Shown here: positions 24,841 through 37,803 of the stretch, one piece after another
How positions within the stretch are numbered: the stretch's first letter is position 1
Layout: the number at the start of each line of letters is the position of its first letter
DNA from: Camelus ferus
Taxonomy: Eukaryota
Reading direction: 5' to 3'
Assembly: GCF_009834535.1 (NCBI RefSeq)
Contig: NC_045697.1
Span: 30,878,001-30,942,000, forward strand
DNA length: 64,000 nt
Notes under the pieces: generated by a model
The model's database searches: none
What the model was told of the DNA's origin: nothing
The model's input: the letters and a program-made list of their open reading frames with translations, nothing else
Made by a program: the position numbers and the translations under genes

Positions 24841-25050
24841 GTATGAAACTATGTGCTTTGTATTCTAATGGGAAAAACAAATAGTGTGCAGGCGTTTAGC
24901 TGAAACTTACAAGAATTTTTGCTAAAGAAAATAGAAGTATTTTGTAAGGAAAGTTGTGTTGATCTGTCTACATATCTATGTATATATGTAAATAAGTATA
25001 TATGCATATATCCATCCATCTATTTATCTATCAATCATCTGTTAACTGTC

Positions 25051-25466
25051 TAGTGGTGTGCTGGTAAAAGTTTAACAATAAGCTCTCCAAAAAACCTCTT
25101 TAATTTGTAACTTTTGCCCATTTCCATGGCATAAATACTCCCACCATGGCTCATTTCAAGCTACTGATAATGACATAATTGAACACAGAGCTAGGAAATG
25201 ATACGCAGAACACTTATATAATATTCTCACCAGACAGATACAATAAATGTAAGTAACTTCTAGAGTAGAGAGAAATGTAAAATAAAGTAAAATATAGGAA
25301 GTAGTCAACTTGAGTATTATCTTTGTTTCAGTGCCATTTGTTTATTGTAAGTTTATGTAGTTTAGTTTTTTTGTGATAGCTGTGTTTAAGAACTGTGTGC
25401 AGAATTCCTGGAGATTTAGCAACTGGCTTTTGCAAGCTGGTATAAGGGGTCCCCAACACAACACTG
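25051..25466. mobile_element. MER63-like hAT-Blackjack DNA transposon
   Basis: Imperfect terminal inverted repeats tagtggtgtgctgg ... ccaacacaacactg. Confidence 0.8.
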
Positions 25467-25709
25467 TATTAACCTATTTCTGTCCACTTCTTCCTTTTTC
25501 TAAGAAGGGCAGGCCCCTGTGGCTGGGAGATCTTTGCTGAACTTCATGGTAGGGGGTAAGGTAAGCAGGTCTGGAGGCGGAAGCAGAAGTAAATTGCAGA
25601 GTGTAATAAAGGATGGAAGCTTTTGTGTGTGGCGTGGGTGAGTGCTAGAATTACAGGGGATTGGAGGCAAGGTTTTATATTTATTTCTGTGGGATAATTG
25701 TCTTTCAAG

Positions 25710-25945
25710 TTGCCAGAGTAGAATGATTGGAGTCTTTAGGAATGTGTCCATTGCAAAAATCACTGTAGTTTGCCAGTGGCTATTTGATGCAAATCTCTTT
25801 TTCCATTTCCTTTATGAAATCTTTGGTAAAATCTGCATTGCTTAGTAGTATCTTTAGTGGGAATGGATTCTTCTTGGAGAGGGAAATAACACAGAATTCT
25901 ATATCAAAGTTGAGGTGGGGCAAAACAGAAGGTTTGCTGTGTTCC
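25710..25945 (+). pseudogene. Fossil exon, fibronectin type III-like
   Basis: A single frame through three stops reads FRNVSIAKITVVCQW...LYEIFGKICIA**YL*WEWILLGEGNNTEFYIKVEVGQNRRFAVF. Donor gtgaga at 25946. Confidence 0.5.
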
Positions 25946-26029
25946 GTGAGATATTTGAAAATAGCATATCTAAGACTGAAAATTAAATCGCATTAGATGA
26001 AGTTCAGAATCTTTTGTTAAAATCTAAGC

Positions 26030-26280
26030 TGTGAGCAGCATAGCATGATGCTTCAGAGTACAGATTCTGCAGCCCAACTTTCGGAGTTTGATTATAGATC
26101 TTACCACTTATTATCTGTGTGACTTTGGGCAGGTTCTGTAATATCTCTGTGTTTCAGTTCTCTTGGCTCTGAAACAGGAATCTTAATACATACTGTATTT
26201 GAGGATTGAATGAGTTATATGTAAAGCACTTAGAATAATTGTCGGCACACTGTAACCTACAGGATTAGCTGCTATTTTTA
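26030..26280 (+). mobile_element. MIR SINE (also ~55480-55710)
   Basis: 'ccacttattatctgtgtgactttgggcag...tgaggattgaatgag...gtaaagcacttagaa'. Confidence 0.85.
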
Positions 26281-26355
26281 ATTGGTCTAGTGACTTAGCA
26301 ATAGGATTAATTAGAATATACCATATATGAATATTATGTTTGCTGGGTTTCTGAG

Positions 26356-26494
26356 GGGCCCCAATAAGTGCCCTCGTCCTCTGTCTGAGTTCTGAACTAA
26401 CTGATATATAGGAAACAGGCGTGATAGAGATGGAGGAATCAAAATATTACCTTTATTACTGATAACGCTGATAAAGCACAATGTGGTTGCATCT
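26356..26494 (+). pseudogene. Possible fossil exon, FN3 N-terminal half
   Basis: RDRDGGIK plus (shifted) KYYLYY resembles FN3 'DGG.I..Y.V.Y'. Consensus donor gtaagt at 26495; acceptor uncertain. Confidence 0.35.
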
Positions 26495-26967
26495 GTAAGT
26501 GAGTGGGCTTCCAAATCCAGAAATTTAAGATTAGGCAGACTTGCCCAGCCATTGGCAGCCCTGGAAGTCTGCAAGCATCCTCTTCACAGCCAGTCCCTTT
26601 CACCACATGGCTGAGAGCTGAGCAGAGCACACACTGAGTGAGGGTGCACTGACTTCCAGAGGAGAAGGGAAGGGGAAAAGACTGGGCTGTCTGTGTCTGA
26701 CTTCTGCTTCCACACTTGTCAGGCAAGTGGATTTCCTCCTTCATCATTGGGTCCATGGGCATTTGACAGAGAGAAGCCAGAATTATTTTATAACTGGAGC
26801 TCCTTATGCATGGTGGGGAAAAATAGGAAAGTTGGAGGAGCCTTCCTTTCTGTACCACTGATCAGCCAGTAACGGGGAAACTACTTCCGGTGTCCCTGAC
26901 GGAGAGCACTGAATTTGGTTACTCAGGCCATGAAGGAGTTGAGAGGCTCGTTCGGGCATGGTGAGGT

Positions 26968-27400
26968 TGTTACGGAATGCACGTTCGTGTGCCCGGTGAG
27001 GCCAGACAAACCAAAATATTGGAGTTTGGAGCAAAGACAGGTTTACTGCAGGGCCAAGCAAGGAGAATGGGTGGCTTGTGCCCCAAATTCCCGTAAGTGT
27101 TTCAGCAAAGCATTTTGTAAGCCAGGTGAGTGTGGCGGCCCAGGGTACAGGGTCAGCTGGGCACAGTTCTCTGACTGGTTGGTAGTGATCAATCCTTAGG
27201 CACCAGAAGGTCTGTGGGTCACGTGCTCATGATTATCAAATAGTTAATTTCTTCCATTTGGTGGTGGTTTTTAGCATCTGAAAAACTCAGGAAATATTCA
27301 TGAGATGCTATTATGTGGGTATTTCAGAGAGGAGCTACAGCAGAGTATATGGCAGAGGGGTCTGTCCCTGGAAGGCCCCATAGTGTCCTGCTGGGTTACA
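26968..27400 (-). mobile_element. ERV1 solo LTR with 4-bp TSD, inserted in an older LTR relic (~26880-27660)
   Basis: tgttac...gttaca ends; AGGT at 26964-26967 and 27401-27404. Confidence 0.85.
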
Positions 27401-28351
27401 AGGTAGCTCAGAGACTTGTAGCAACAGGAAGACATTGCCTACCTTCAATGAAGGGAGGAGAGGTGCTGTTAGCACAGCCTTGGCCCCTCCTTCCCCAGCC
27501 CTCCCATCCATCTCCAGTGCCTCTCATTGGCTGACCTCAGCAGGCAGCCAGTTGACAGGGGAGCCTGGGGAACAGCCTGCAGGGGTCAGTCCCCCTTGCT
27601 ATATACAGCAGAAAGGGGGAAGGGAGGGAATAGATCTGGGGACAAATGTGGCCAGGACTGGCATGTGCGCACACATGCACACACACACATACACACTCTT
27701 TCTGTTTCATAATATTTTGCTTTTGAACTCTTTGTACTGTGTAGATCAAAATACTCTTTCAGATAGTATGGTTTTTATGTTACTTAGAAACATTGTCTGT
27801 GGAAATAAATTGAAGAAAGTGGAAAATCAATATACAATTTGGCTCTAAATCCTAAAAATTCTGGTGAATGTCCTCTGCAATATTCCTAAATAATAAACTT
27901 CCAGACTACTCCCTGATAGTGGCAGCTTATTGCCTAAATTCTTTATTATTTGTGGTCCTTTTAAAGATAAACTCAAGTAAAATTCCATACTGGGAGTCCA
28001 ACATGATACAAGTTGAACAAGATTTGCTCCACCTTTTCAACTCCTCTGCATCAGCTGTTGGGCGTCTTCCCGCCTTGGCACCTGCATGAAGACTTCATGC
28101 ATAGCAGCCCTCACGGAGAGGCGTGCTGGATCTACTACACTTCATTTCTGTTTTTGCCTCACGCAATTATGTGTTTCTTTGTCTTATCCTCTGTGTCAGT
28201 CTCCTTAAGACTTGGCACTGTGTCGTAAAAGTCTCATGAACAACTCCCCGAGAAGTCAAATTGGTTAAAGCCAAATTGTGTGCATCTAGTTTAAAAGTCC
28301 ACTATTATGCTGTTGCTGAACAACATTTTCTTGAGAGCATTTCATTTGCAG

Positions 28352-28490
28352 ACTTATTTAGTAGCCACTGGCCATTTCTGAATGTTTGGAACCAAAACAA
28401 GTAAGAAGTGGAAGCCTCAGATTGCATTTGCTCTCTGGAGAATTGTGAGGACTCCCGATCAGAGCTGCCCACTGTCAAGGTCTGGTATGA
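28352..28490 (+). pseudogene. Fossil exon, Ig N-terminal half
   Basis: tttcatttgcag acceptor. Reads PLAISECLEPKQVRSGSLRL and (other frame) LENCEDSRSELPTVKVWY, matching I-set 'L.P..V..G..L.L.C...G.P.P.V.WY'. Confidence 0.5.
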
Positions 28491-28726
28491 GTATCCGACT
28501 ATAGCAGAGAGATTAAGAGCCAGAAGGTCTGTGATTATATCCTCATATTAAAAAAAAAAGTAAATAACCTCACTGCTATATGCCTTGGTTTCTTTACATG
28601 GAAAGTGGGCTTAAAACAGTGCCTTCCTCTTTATTGTATCCTATGAGATAACCCATGTTTATTGCTTGCATCACTGCTTAGGGCTCAGGGTTAGTTATTA
28701 TGATTCCGTCTGCCTGTTGTTTTCAG

Positions 28727-28807
28727 AAGTTCATTTTTAGGTGAAATCCTCAGAAATGTGAAAGGTTGAGTTCCTACTTTCTGGAGAACAATATATCTCA
28801 TGTGCTT
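28727..28807 (+). pseudogene. Possible fossil exon, Ig C-terminal half
   Basis: tgttgttttcag acceptor. EILRNVK and (shifted) SGEQYISCA resemble 'L.I.NV...DSG.Y.C.A'. Confidence 0.35.
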
Positions 28808-28809
28808 GT

Positions 28810-29900
28810 CTGCAGAACTGCATCAGGGAGCAGAGAAACTGAGCAGCTGGCTAGGCACCAACTCTCAGGGATGGTAAACCATGGCGGCTTTATAGCAAGA
28901 GGGAGAGAAATGTGGAGACTGGAATTCCCTCAGTGGGGCTATTGCATTTTAATGGAAGGGGTGCCTCAGTAAGGCGCTTGGGTTGGAGGAGTGGGAAAAC
29001 CCAAGGAGCGTGTTTACCTAATACTAGGTGGTTGCTAAATGACCTTCTCAGGAAGAGGCCCAAGTAACTGTAGGGGTTTCACTTTGCTGATGCAACTCTG
29101 GGCCAGCTTAGAGCAACAGTGAGAAGGCTGAGAGCACCCATAGGTGGTCATTCTCCCCTCCTCCCTCTAGTGCCACTAGGCTCCCGAGTTCCTCAAAATA
29201 CAGTATGGAACAATATTTGCGCAGAATGGGGCACCAGTGTATTCACTCATTTGGTGTAGATGTGTAGGGTCATGGACTAGTTAAGTGGGGGGACTTGTAA
29301 ATCAGTCAAGGATCAAGGGATCTGAACAGGGGAAGTCAATATAAGCACTTGCTAACTAGATATAAAGTTGTGAACTAGGTAACAGAAAGGGCCAAGAGAG
29401 AGTTCCGAGGTCTCCTGGAGGTGGTAATTGCAGGAAGCAGCTAGGACGGAGGGAACAAAGGGACGAGGCTGGGATGACTAGAATTTAGAGTCCTTGCAGA
29501 TACACCCAGTAGAGCTAAGGTCAGGTCTTGGAGGAGGGGTTCTGCTGAGCTGGTTGTGGTAACTGAGCTTGGGGGAGGAGCCAGAAAGAGGGGTGTTGCC
29601 TGGCTGCTGCTGGAGTCTCCAGATGGAGTGGGACTTGATAAAGTTGGCTCTTCCAGTGCTGAAAAAAGGCCAATTGAGTTCAGCTGCTACTAGAAGAAAG
29701 AACTGCCCTTAGGTGAAGAAATGCTGGGGTGATGTTCACGGGAACAGGAAGCAGATAGGAAAGGGCATGTCCCTTCCTCTTCCAGCCTTGCTGCCGCCAT
29801 CTAGTGTCCTTCTTGGCAGAGCCAACTCCAGGTAGCAAAGCAGGGTATAAGGAAGGGTGCATATGGAACTGAGAGAGAGTTACTTAATAACTGGGACGTA
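28810..29900. mobile_element. Ancient LTR-like relics (ERVL/MamGypsy-type)
   Basis: G-rich stretch with an LTR-like end 'gaactgagagagagttacttaataactgg'. Family uncertain. Confidence 0.4.
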
Positions 29901-30227
29901 AATATTGTGAAACACTGTAGATACTGGTGCCTGGCTCTTGGGCAAATAAATACTTTACAGAGTGTCCTGAATATGACCTGACTCTACCTTCCAAAAGGAG
30001 GGAAGGAGGCTGATTTATAAGATAAATTGTGGTGTAGTGTGATAAATGGTCCAACACAATTATGATCATGGGAGCATAGAGATGGGAACCAACTGAATAG
30101 GTTGTTTGTTAATTAGGTGCTTTTTAGGTAGCTTAATTATATGAAAATTGGTGCCAGTTTGAAGGTAATTGGTAAAAACTGTATGGCACAGTTTTGAATA
30201 TTTCCTCATAAGTGTTTCTTCCAACTT

Positions 30228-30448
30228 GATCTACCCAAATTTGTCAAACCACAATTTACTTGTGTTTATGTATTTTAATTTCAAAGAAGTCTGATGCTGT
30301 GAAATGTAGCGTATTTCTTCGCTCAAGGAAATAATTATAAATTTATTTTGTTGAGTGTTACCTTTTAGTATTCTCCTAAAATAGGATAATATTTTATGGT
30401 TCTTGAATGATCTTGGTAGAAGCAATGTACTTGTGATATTTTCTAAAG
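30228..30448 (+). pseudogene. Possible fossil exon, Ig-like
   Basis: Starts DLPKFVKP and ends (shifted) LNDLGRSNVLVIFSK before a GT, matching Ig 'P.F..P' and 'N.LG.....L.V'. Acceptor not clear. Confidence 0.35.
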
Positions 30449-30544
30449 GTTTTCCAATTTGCTTTTATTTATTAACTTAGCTACAAATACTTGTTTTCTA
30501 TTGCACTGGATTCTGGGGAAATACAGATTGAATAAGACATGGTA

Positions 30545-31030
30545 TGGTGGACACTTGGTTGCTAATACATAGGCTGTTCTTCCACTCCTTCCTTGCCAAC
30601 AGAGCCTAGATTTTATCTAGGTGATGGGGGTTAATATGCCCAGCTGAGGGGGCAAATCATGTTTGGTTTAAGACACTTTTAGTAATCTTGTTCCCCTTTG
30701 CTAATGGTGTAGGTTGAGGTTTGTGACCAATTTTGGCCAATCCATTGCTAGGTAAATTTTGCTGTGGGCTTCTGGAAAATGTTTTCTTCCCTGATTAAAT
30801 ATTTTATTAGACATTGTTGTTTGAGGACATGATATTCTGTGTTATGGTAGTTGTCTGAAAACCCTAAGAAAACAGCTCCAAAAATCACAGAAATTTGAAA
30901 TGGAGTTTAGTCATTGTTGAGCCACTGAATTCATCCCCTCAGATCAGCCTAATTTGCTATTTCTCTTTATTTGAGATAATAATACCCTTACTGTTTAAGC
31001 CATTTTTAGTGTTGTTGTGCTTTAGATGAA
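30545..31030 (+). mobile_element. Old MLT1 LTR (similar at ~36560-37060 plus and ~57755-58180 minus)
   Basis: 'ttccttgccaacagagcc...ttttggccaat...gcttctggaaa...ctgtttaagcca'. Confidence 0.7.
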
Positions 31031-32427
31031 ACCAAAGTAATCCTAAATAATTTACATGTTCTCTATCTTACACAAATCTCTACTTTTTTAAAGGGTTCTT
31101 TAAAAAGTGGATATTCCTCTGCACATGTATCATTCTAAGTTGCCAAGTGAAAGTCTCAGAGAGTAGATACCATGCAGAACTACCAATAGGGTATCTTGCT
31201 CAATAAGGGACCCTCTCTCTTTTTTCATGACGTACGTATTTTTTTCTTTTAATTCTCAAGCGGATGAGAATTTGACCTGAAAATGCACCCGGCACTCTCC
31301 ACACCCCTTCTCCTACCTCCGCCTCCCTGAATCTGTGATTCCATGTGGAGTTTCATTTTTATAAAACCATCCATTTTGTTTTATTTATTTAGCTACTTCC
31401 AAGCAAAAACAAAACAAAACAAAAAACCTCAAACCAAAAAATAAACAAAAATTCCCTCAAACCCAGTGTGTGCATTACATTGTTCTTAAACTAAACCAAG
31501 CTGTTAACAGGGTGAAGAAACAATATACAAAGTATTCATGGAAACTTTATAAAGCCACTCTAAAAACACCATTAGTGCAAATCCACCTGTGATTCATATT
31601 CTTGAGGACAAATATATGGTGAAAGTCACTGATCAACTCTTCATCCTATGGTGGTAGCTCTTAGGGACCCTCTCTCTTTTTTGAAGGGAATCATCCCCAT
31701 AGACTATACAATAGACTAGGGGACCTTCTCATCCCTAACGTGTGCTCTTGGCCCTGCTCTGCCCACCTCCACGTCCGTCTCTTAGAGATCTCCTAGGTAA
31801 GGTATGTCTGGACTTCCTCGGAAATACCAACTTGCTCCTGAAAGAATTTTTAGGAAAGTGCAGATAAGTTATTTATTTCTTGCCATTCACTAGACATTTT
31901 TTATGAAGTGCAAACATTCAGTTTGGGGTGACTTTTGGAAGAGCTTCTCTGGAAGCAGAGAGCAGGGTCTTGTCAGCATTTATGTGGTTGCCATTTCTCG
32001 CTGTCAGAGAGGATGCTCCCTGGGTGTAACTGATCTGAAACTAACCCCATAATAAATTATTTGCTTCTGTCATTTGCTCAGCCTCTCTGCCCTGCTGCTG
32101 TAAACTCTAATAAATTAACCTTAAAAAACCACATTGACAAATGATGTGACTAGAAAATTCACAAAAGAGGCCATACAAATAGAAAGTGAACAAAGTATTT
32201 AACCTAACTAAAAAATAAATTAAAATAAATACAGGGAAATACTATTTTCTGTTTATCAAATTTACAAAGATTTTAAAGTAGTAATACTCAGTGCTTATGA
32301 GAGTTGTGATATAGATGGTCCCAAGTAGTGCTCAAAGATAAAAATTTACATCTTTAGGAAGAATTTTAGCAGTATGTATTAAGTTCTCGAAAATATTCTT
32401 ACATTTCAGCTCAGATATTCCAATTCT

Positions 32428-34143
32428 TTTTTTTTAACATTTTTTATTGATTTATAATCATTTTACAATGTTGTGTCAAATTCCAGTGTTCAGCACAATT
32501 TTTCAGTCATTCATGGACATATACACACTCATTGTCACATTGTTTTCTCTGTGAGTTATCATAACATTTTGTGTATATTTCCCTGTGCTATACAGTGTAG
32601 TCCTATTCTACAATTTTGAAATCCCAGTCTATCCCTTCCCACCCTCCACCCCCCTGGTAACCACAAGTCTGTATTCTCTGTCTGTGAGTCTATTTCTGTC
32701 CTTTATTTACGCTTTGTTTTTGTTTGTTTGTTTGTTTTTGTTTTTTAGATTCCACATATGAGCGATCTCATATGGTATTTTTCTTTCTCTTTCTGGCTTA
32801 CTTCACTTAGAATGACATTCTCCAGGAGCATCCATGTTGCTGCAAATGGCATTATGTTGTCGGCTTTTATGGCTGAGTAGTATTCCATTGTATAAATATA
32901 CTAAATCTTCTTTATCCAGTCACCTGTTGATGGACATTTAGGCTGTTTCCATGTTTTGGCTATTGTAAATAGTGCTGCTATGAACATTGGGGTGCAGGTG
33001 TCATCCTGAAGTAGATTTCCTTCTGGATACAAACCCAGGAGTGGGATTCCTGGGTCATATGGTAAGTCTATTCTTAGTCTTTTGAGGAATCTCCACACTG
33101 TTTTCCATAGTGGCTGCACCAAACTGCATTCCCACCAGCAGTGTAGGAGGGTTCCCCTTTCTCCACAGCCTCTCCAGCATTTGTCATTTGTGGATTTTTG
33201 AATGACGGCCATTCTGACTGGTGTGAGGTGATACCTCATTGTAGTTTTGATTTGCATTTCTCTGATAATTAGTGATATTGAGCATTTTTTCATGTGCTTT
33301 TTGATCATTTGTATGTCTTCCTTGGAGAATTGCTTGTTTAGGTCTTCTGCCCATTTTTGGATTGGGTTGTTTATTTTTTTCTTATTGAGTCGTATGAGCT
33401 GCTTATATATTCTGGAGATCAAGCCTTTGTCGGTTTCACTTGCAAAAATGTTCTCCCATTCCGTAGGTTTTCTTCTTGTTTTATTTCTGGTTTCCTTTGC
33501 TGTGCAGACGCTTGTAAGTTTCATTAGGTCCCATTTGTTTATTCTTGCTTTTATTTCTTCTAGGAGAAAATTTTTGAAATGTATGTCAGATAATGTTTTG
33601 CCTATGTTTTCCTCTAGGAGGTTTATTGTATCTTGTCTTATGTTTAAGTCTTTAATCCATTTTGAGTTGATTTTTGTATATGGTGTAAGGGAGTGTTCTA
33701 GCTTCATTGTTTTACATGCTGCTGTCCAGTTTTCCCAACACCATTTGCTGAAGAGACTGTCTTTATTCCAATGTATATTCTTGCCTCCTTTGTCAAAGAT
33801 GAGTTGACCAAAAGTTTGTGGGTTCATTTCTGGGCTCTCTATTCTGTTCCATTGGTCTATATGTCTGTTTTGGTACCAATAGCATGCTGTCTTGATGACT
33901 GTAGCTCTATAGTATTGTCTGAAGTCTGGGAGAGTTATTCCTCCAGCCTCTTTCTTTCTCTTCAGTAATGCTTTGGCAATTCTAGGTCTTTGATGGTTCC
34001 ATATGAATTTTATTATGATTTTTTCTAGTTCTGTGAAATATGTCCTGGGTAATTGGATAGGGATTGCATTAAATCTGTAGATTGCCTTGGGCAGTGTGAC
34101 CATTTTAACAATATTGATTCTTCCAATCCAAGAGCATGGAATA
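32428..34143 (-). mobile_element. Young 5'-truncated camelid-type L1 with 17-bp TSD, inserted in an L1ME 3' end (~32120-34620)
   Basis: tcagatattccaattct at 32411-32427 and 34144-34160, a T-tail at the left end, and a 400-aa ORF2 C-terminal frame. Confidence 0.97.
32901..34103 (-). pseudogene. L1 ORF2 C-terminal region (post-RT, Cys-rich CCHC segment); non-autonomous
   Basis: [31 protein letters not shown] and [17 protein letters not shown]. Premature stop (KKI*) where L1 normally reads KKMW. Confidence 0.95.
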
Positions 34144-35335
34144 TCAGATATTCCAATTCTAAGCTATTTTATTCCATTTTTATTGATCCTAAAGAAACAA
34201 TGCTTAATGTAGAAAAATCTACATATAAAGCTTTTGGTTGCTGCAATATTTATCAATATGAACAGTTATAAGCAACCTAATTATTCATCTCTAGGGAAAG
34301 TGTAAATATATTTTGTTAAATCTACACAATGGATGCAAATATGAAAATTATGCAATATAAAAATTATGGCAGTAGTACAATTTTGTATTCTGAATTAAAA
34401 GCTATTTTTAATGTTAACAGAAAAATTAAAACAAAATTGTATATACTATATATTTAATATGAAAAAAGCCCATAAAATGGGAGAAAATATAACAAAGATT
34501 TTTAGCAACGATTTCCTCTGCATATGAATGATTAGTGTTTTCTTCTATATATTTTTCCATATTCAATAAATTTTCCACCATGAGTATATATTACTTTCGT
34601 AATCGGGAAGGAAATAAACAATTTAAGAAAAACTTTAAATTAAGCACTTTTCTTATAAGAACTACTTCTTTCTGTTCTTTAAGGAAGGTTTTCCAACTGC
34701 TTTTATTTTTCATCTTTAAAAAACTGTCGAGCTACTATAATGTAAAGCTTTTTCAGGTCTCTAGGTTTCAGAGGGACAATGAAAAACAAAGGAATTTGGT
34801 GCAATTTTATTCTTGTTTCCAGCTGTCATCATGACAATGCATTTGTAACAGGCAATTTTCTGTTCTCTGGAAAACTAGGTACATCACATTAGAAATGGAT
34901 TTCTATCCAGTGTCTCAGAATATTTCCTGCTGTTCAAACAATGCTGTTGTATCAGCAGTCTTTTCGATATATCTTCCCTTTTTATGGTTTAATTTGCCTA
35001 TTTTTTTCTAAAATCTGCACTTCTGTTGAAGGCTGGGCATATGCAGCATGCCCACTCCCTGCAGAGCAGTAGACGAAGCACTGGGGAAATGGGTGGAATG
35101 AACTGTATCAATACCAGGCACGTGGGAGCAGACACATGGTCTTTTGTGCCTTTTGAAGATTGCCTGGGGGCTTGAGGGTATGTATCTGAATAAACACAAG
35201 CTAATGGTGTGTGTCATCTCACCAAGGAAATGTAATTTAGTACTCTGGTCACATTTCCAGTTTGTATTTATATAATCTTTAAATTTTATTTCTGATTGTT
35301 AATGCATTTTCATTATTTAAAACATGGGGGACATA

Positions 35336-35826
35336 CATATTAGCTTCCTATTGCTACTACAACAAATTGCCATAAACAGTAACTTAACACATACTTATTA
35401 CCTTAAATTCTGGAGATCTGAGGTCCAAAAGGGGGTCACTGGGCTAAAAATCAAAGGATTGGCAGGGCTACCCATGTTCCTTTCCAGAGGTTCTAGGGCA
35501 GAATCCATTTTCTTGCCTTTTCCAGCTGCTGTACCTACCTGTCCTCCTTTGTTCACTGTCCCCTCCCACCTTCCCCAGCCAGCAGTGGCCAGATGAATCT
35601 TTCTCACATGGCATCACTCTGCCTCTGACTCCTCATCTCTCCTCTTCCCCATTCAATGAGTCTTGTGATCCTGAGTCCACTGATAATTCAGGAGCATCTC
35701 CCTATGAAATGTCAACTGTTCACACCTTAATTCCATCTGCAGTCTTAATTCCTCTTTGTCATGTAACCTAACATATTCATGGATTCCAGAGTTTCGGACA
35801 CAGACATCTTTCAGTGGTGGGGAGGA
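35336..35826 (-). mobile_element. MLT1D-like LTR
   Basis: 'attagcttcctattgct...ctgggctaaaaatcaa...ttaattccatctgcagtcttaattcc'. Confidence 0.85.
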
Positions 35827-37384
35827 GAAAAGTCCCAGGAAAGTAAAAATATGTAAATAAAATCAGTTGCCCAAAGATAATTACTGTTAGCATTTTGGAA
35901 GATGTTTTGCCTTATCATTTCGTGAAATCAGGACCTAATTGATTTAAATACATAATGGGGACTTTAAATATTTTTTGACTAGATAGTATGCATTCTCATA
36001 ATTCAAATATGTAAAAGGTATTCACTAAAAAGCCTCTGTCTCCCTACCGGAGGTAGTCGCTTTTAGTCGTTCCTTTGTGTTCTTACAGGATTTTCATGTA
36101 AATGCGTGTACACTAACATCATTGTTCCTTGTTCCATCTCTGACCCTTACCGTATCCCATAGTGGGAGCGGGCACAGGGATAATAGTAATGACTAATATT
36201 TGTTGAATATTTACGATGTGCTAGGCATTGCAACAAGTGTACTACGTTTAATCTTTGCCACTCTATGATTAGATACTGCTATTATCTTTATTTTTAAGAT
36301 GGAGAACGGAAGACAAGGAGAAGTTAAGTAATTTACCCATGGTCACACACCTGGTAAATTAAAAGTTGGGGTTTGAATTCAGATAGTCTGATTTCAGAGG
36401 TCTCATGTTTAATTACTTTTCTCTATGCCCTATCCTATAGAATGAGTACATTACTTGCTAATTTCAAGAGTTGGGTAAAATTGCTTCGTCATCTCTAAAA
36501 ATATGTTACATAAAAGTGACCGCATCCACATGCCTACCTCAGAACATCATGTATTTCTGAGGAGGTGTGTCTGACACTCTTGGTTGGCTGCCCAAGAACC
36601 ATACCCCATAGCTGTTACCTTACTGGTGCCCCCAGTAGAGCTGACCAAGCAGAAACTTGCTCTTTAAGCCTCTGTGGACCTAAGAGTAGCTGTTTGGCTC
36701 AGTTCTAGCCAGAGACTGTGGGAAAATTTTCTGAGAAACATTTCCTTCCTGATGGCAGGACAGAAGCAAGTCAGGAAACTTCTCTCTCACTCCTCCGTCC
36801 ACTCCTTTGCCCCACCTGGATCATGGCCACATGAAAGTAGGATATTCAGAGCTAAGGCAGACCTCTGGCAGCCATACAGGCGAGGCTAAGAGAAATTCAG
36901 AGATCTTGACATAAACCTTGACACTGTGGAGTTACCACACTTGGGATCAGCTGTCTCCAGACTTCTTGTTAAGCAAAGCAGTAAGTAATCTTATATTTTA
37001 AGCCCCTGTTAGTCAGATTCTTCTATTACTTGCAGCCAAACTCAGCCTAACTAATACAGAACTCAATAGTGCCGCTCAAGAGAAAACATGGGGGGTGGAT
37101 AGTAAGATCATTGCCCTGCCTCTTACAAGTTTGTAATACAACAAGGGAGCAGCCTACATGGGAGAGGTTTTGCGACTTTGTTACAGGAACTGGGAGAACT
37201 TGTCCCGGAAAGGATGACAAAGAGGGGTAAGTGTCAGATGCTTGAAAGGCTCTCTAGTAAGTTGAGAACGTGGCTGCAGATTCTTCCCATCCCTGTGCAC
37301 ATCACTTTGCAAGGTGACATTTCTGTTCTTCCCTTTTAGTAGTGATGTTTTCTTCTCCATCACTTGAATCTCTGTTTGGTCATG

Positions 37385-37803
37385 TGTGTTGTTTCTCGGG
37401 GCTGCCATAATAAACCACCTCAAACTGGGGGGCTTAAAACAACAGAAACGTTCTCATAGTTTTTGAGGCAAGAATTATGAAATCAAGGTGCTGGCAGAGC
37501 CAGGCTCTCTCTGGAGTCTCCAGGGGAGAATCTGTTCCATGCCTTTCTCTTAGTTATTGATGTTGATGGCAACCCTTGGTCCCCTTCAGTCATCACGCAG
37601 CATTCCCCTGTGTGTTTCTATGTCTCTTCTTTTCCTCTTATAAGAAAACAAGTCACATCGGTTAAGAGCCCACCCTATTGCATTACGACCTTACTATAAC
37701 TTAACTAATTACATCTGTCATAACCCTGTTTCCAATGATGTTCACATTATGAGGTTCTGGGAAGGACATGAACTTAATAGGGGACACTATCTAACCCAGT
37801 ACA
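37385..37803 (-). mobile_element. MLT1B/C LTR nested in an MLT1E/F-like LTR (~37220-38130)
   Basis: Host LTR sequence 'cttgaatct...catg' resumes as 'ccatgcgatttgctttggccaa' after the insert. Confidence 0.85.

Noticed and set aside
33247..33968. Plus-strand hydrophobic ORFs of 186 and 65 aa
   Set aside because: Standard antisense frames of L1 ORF2.
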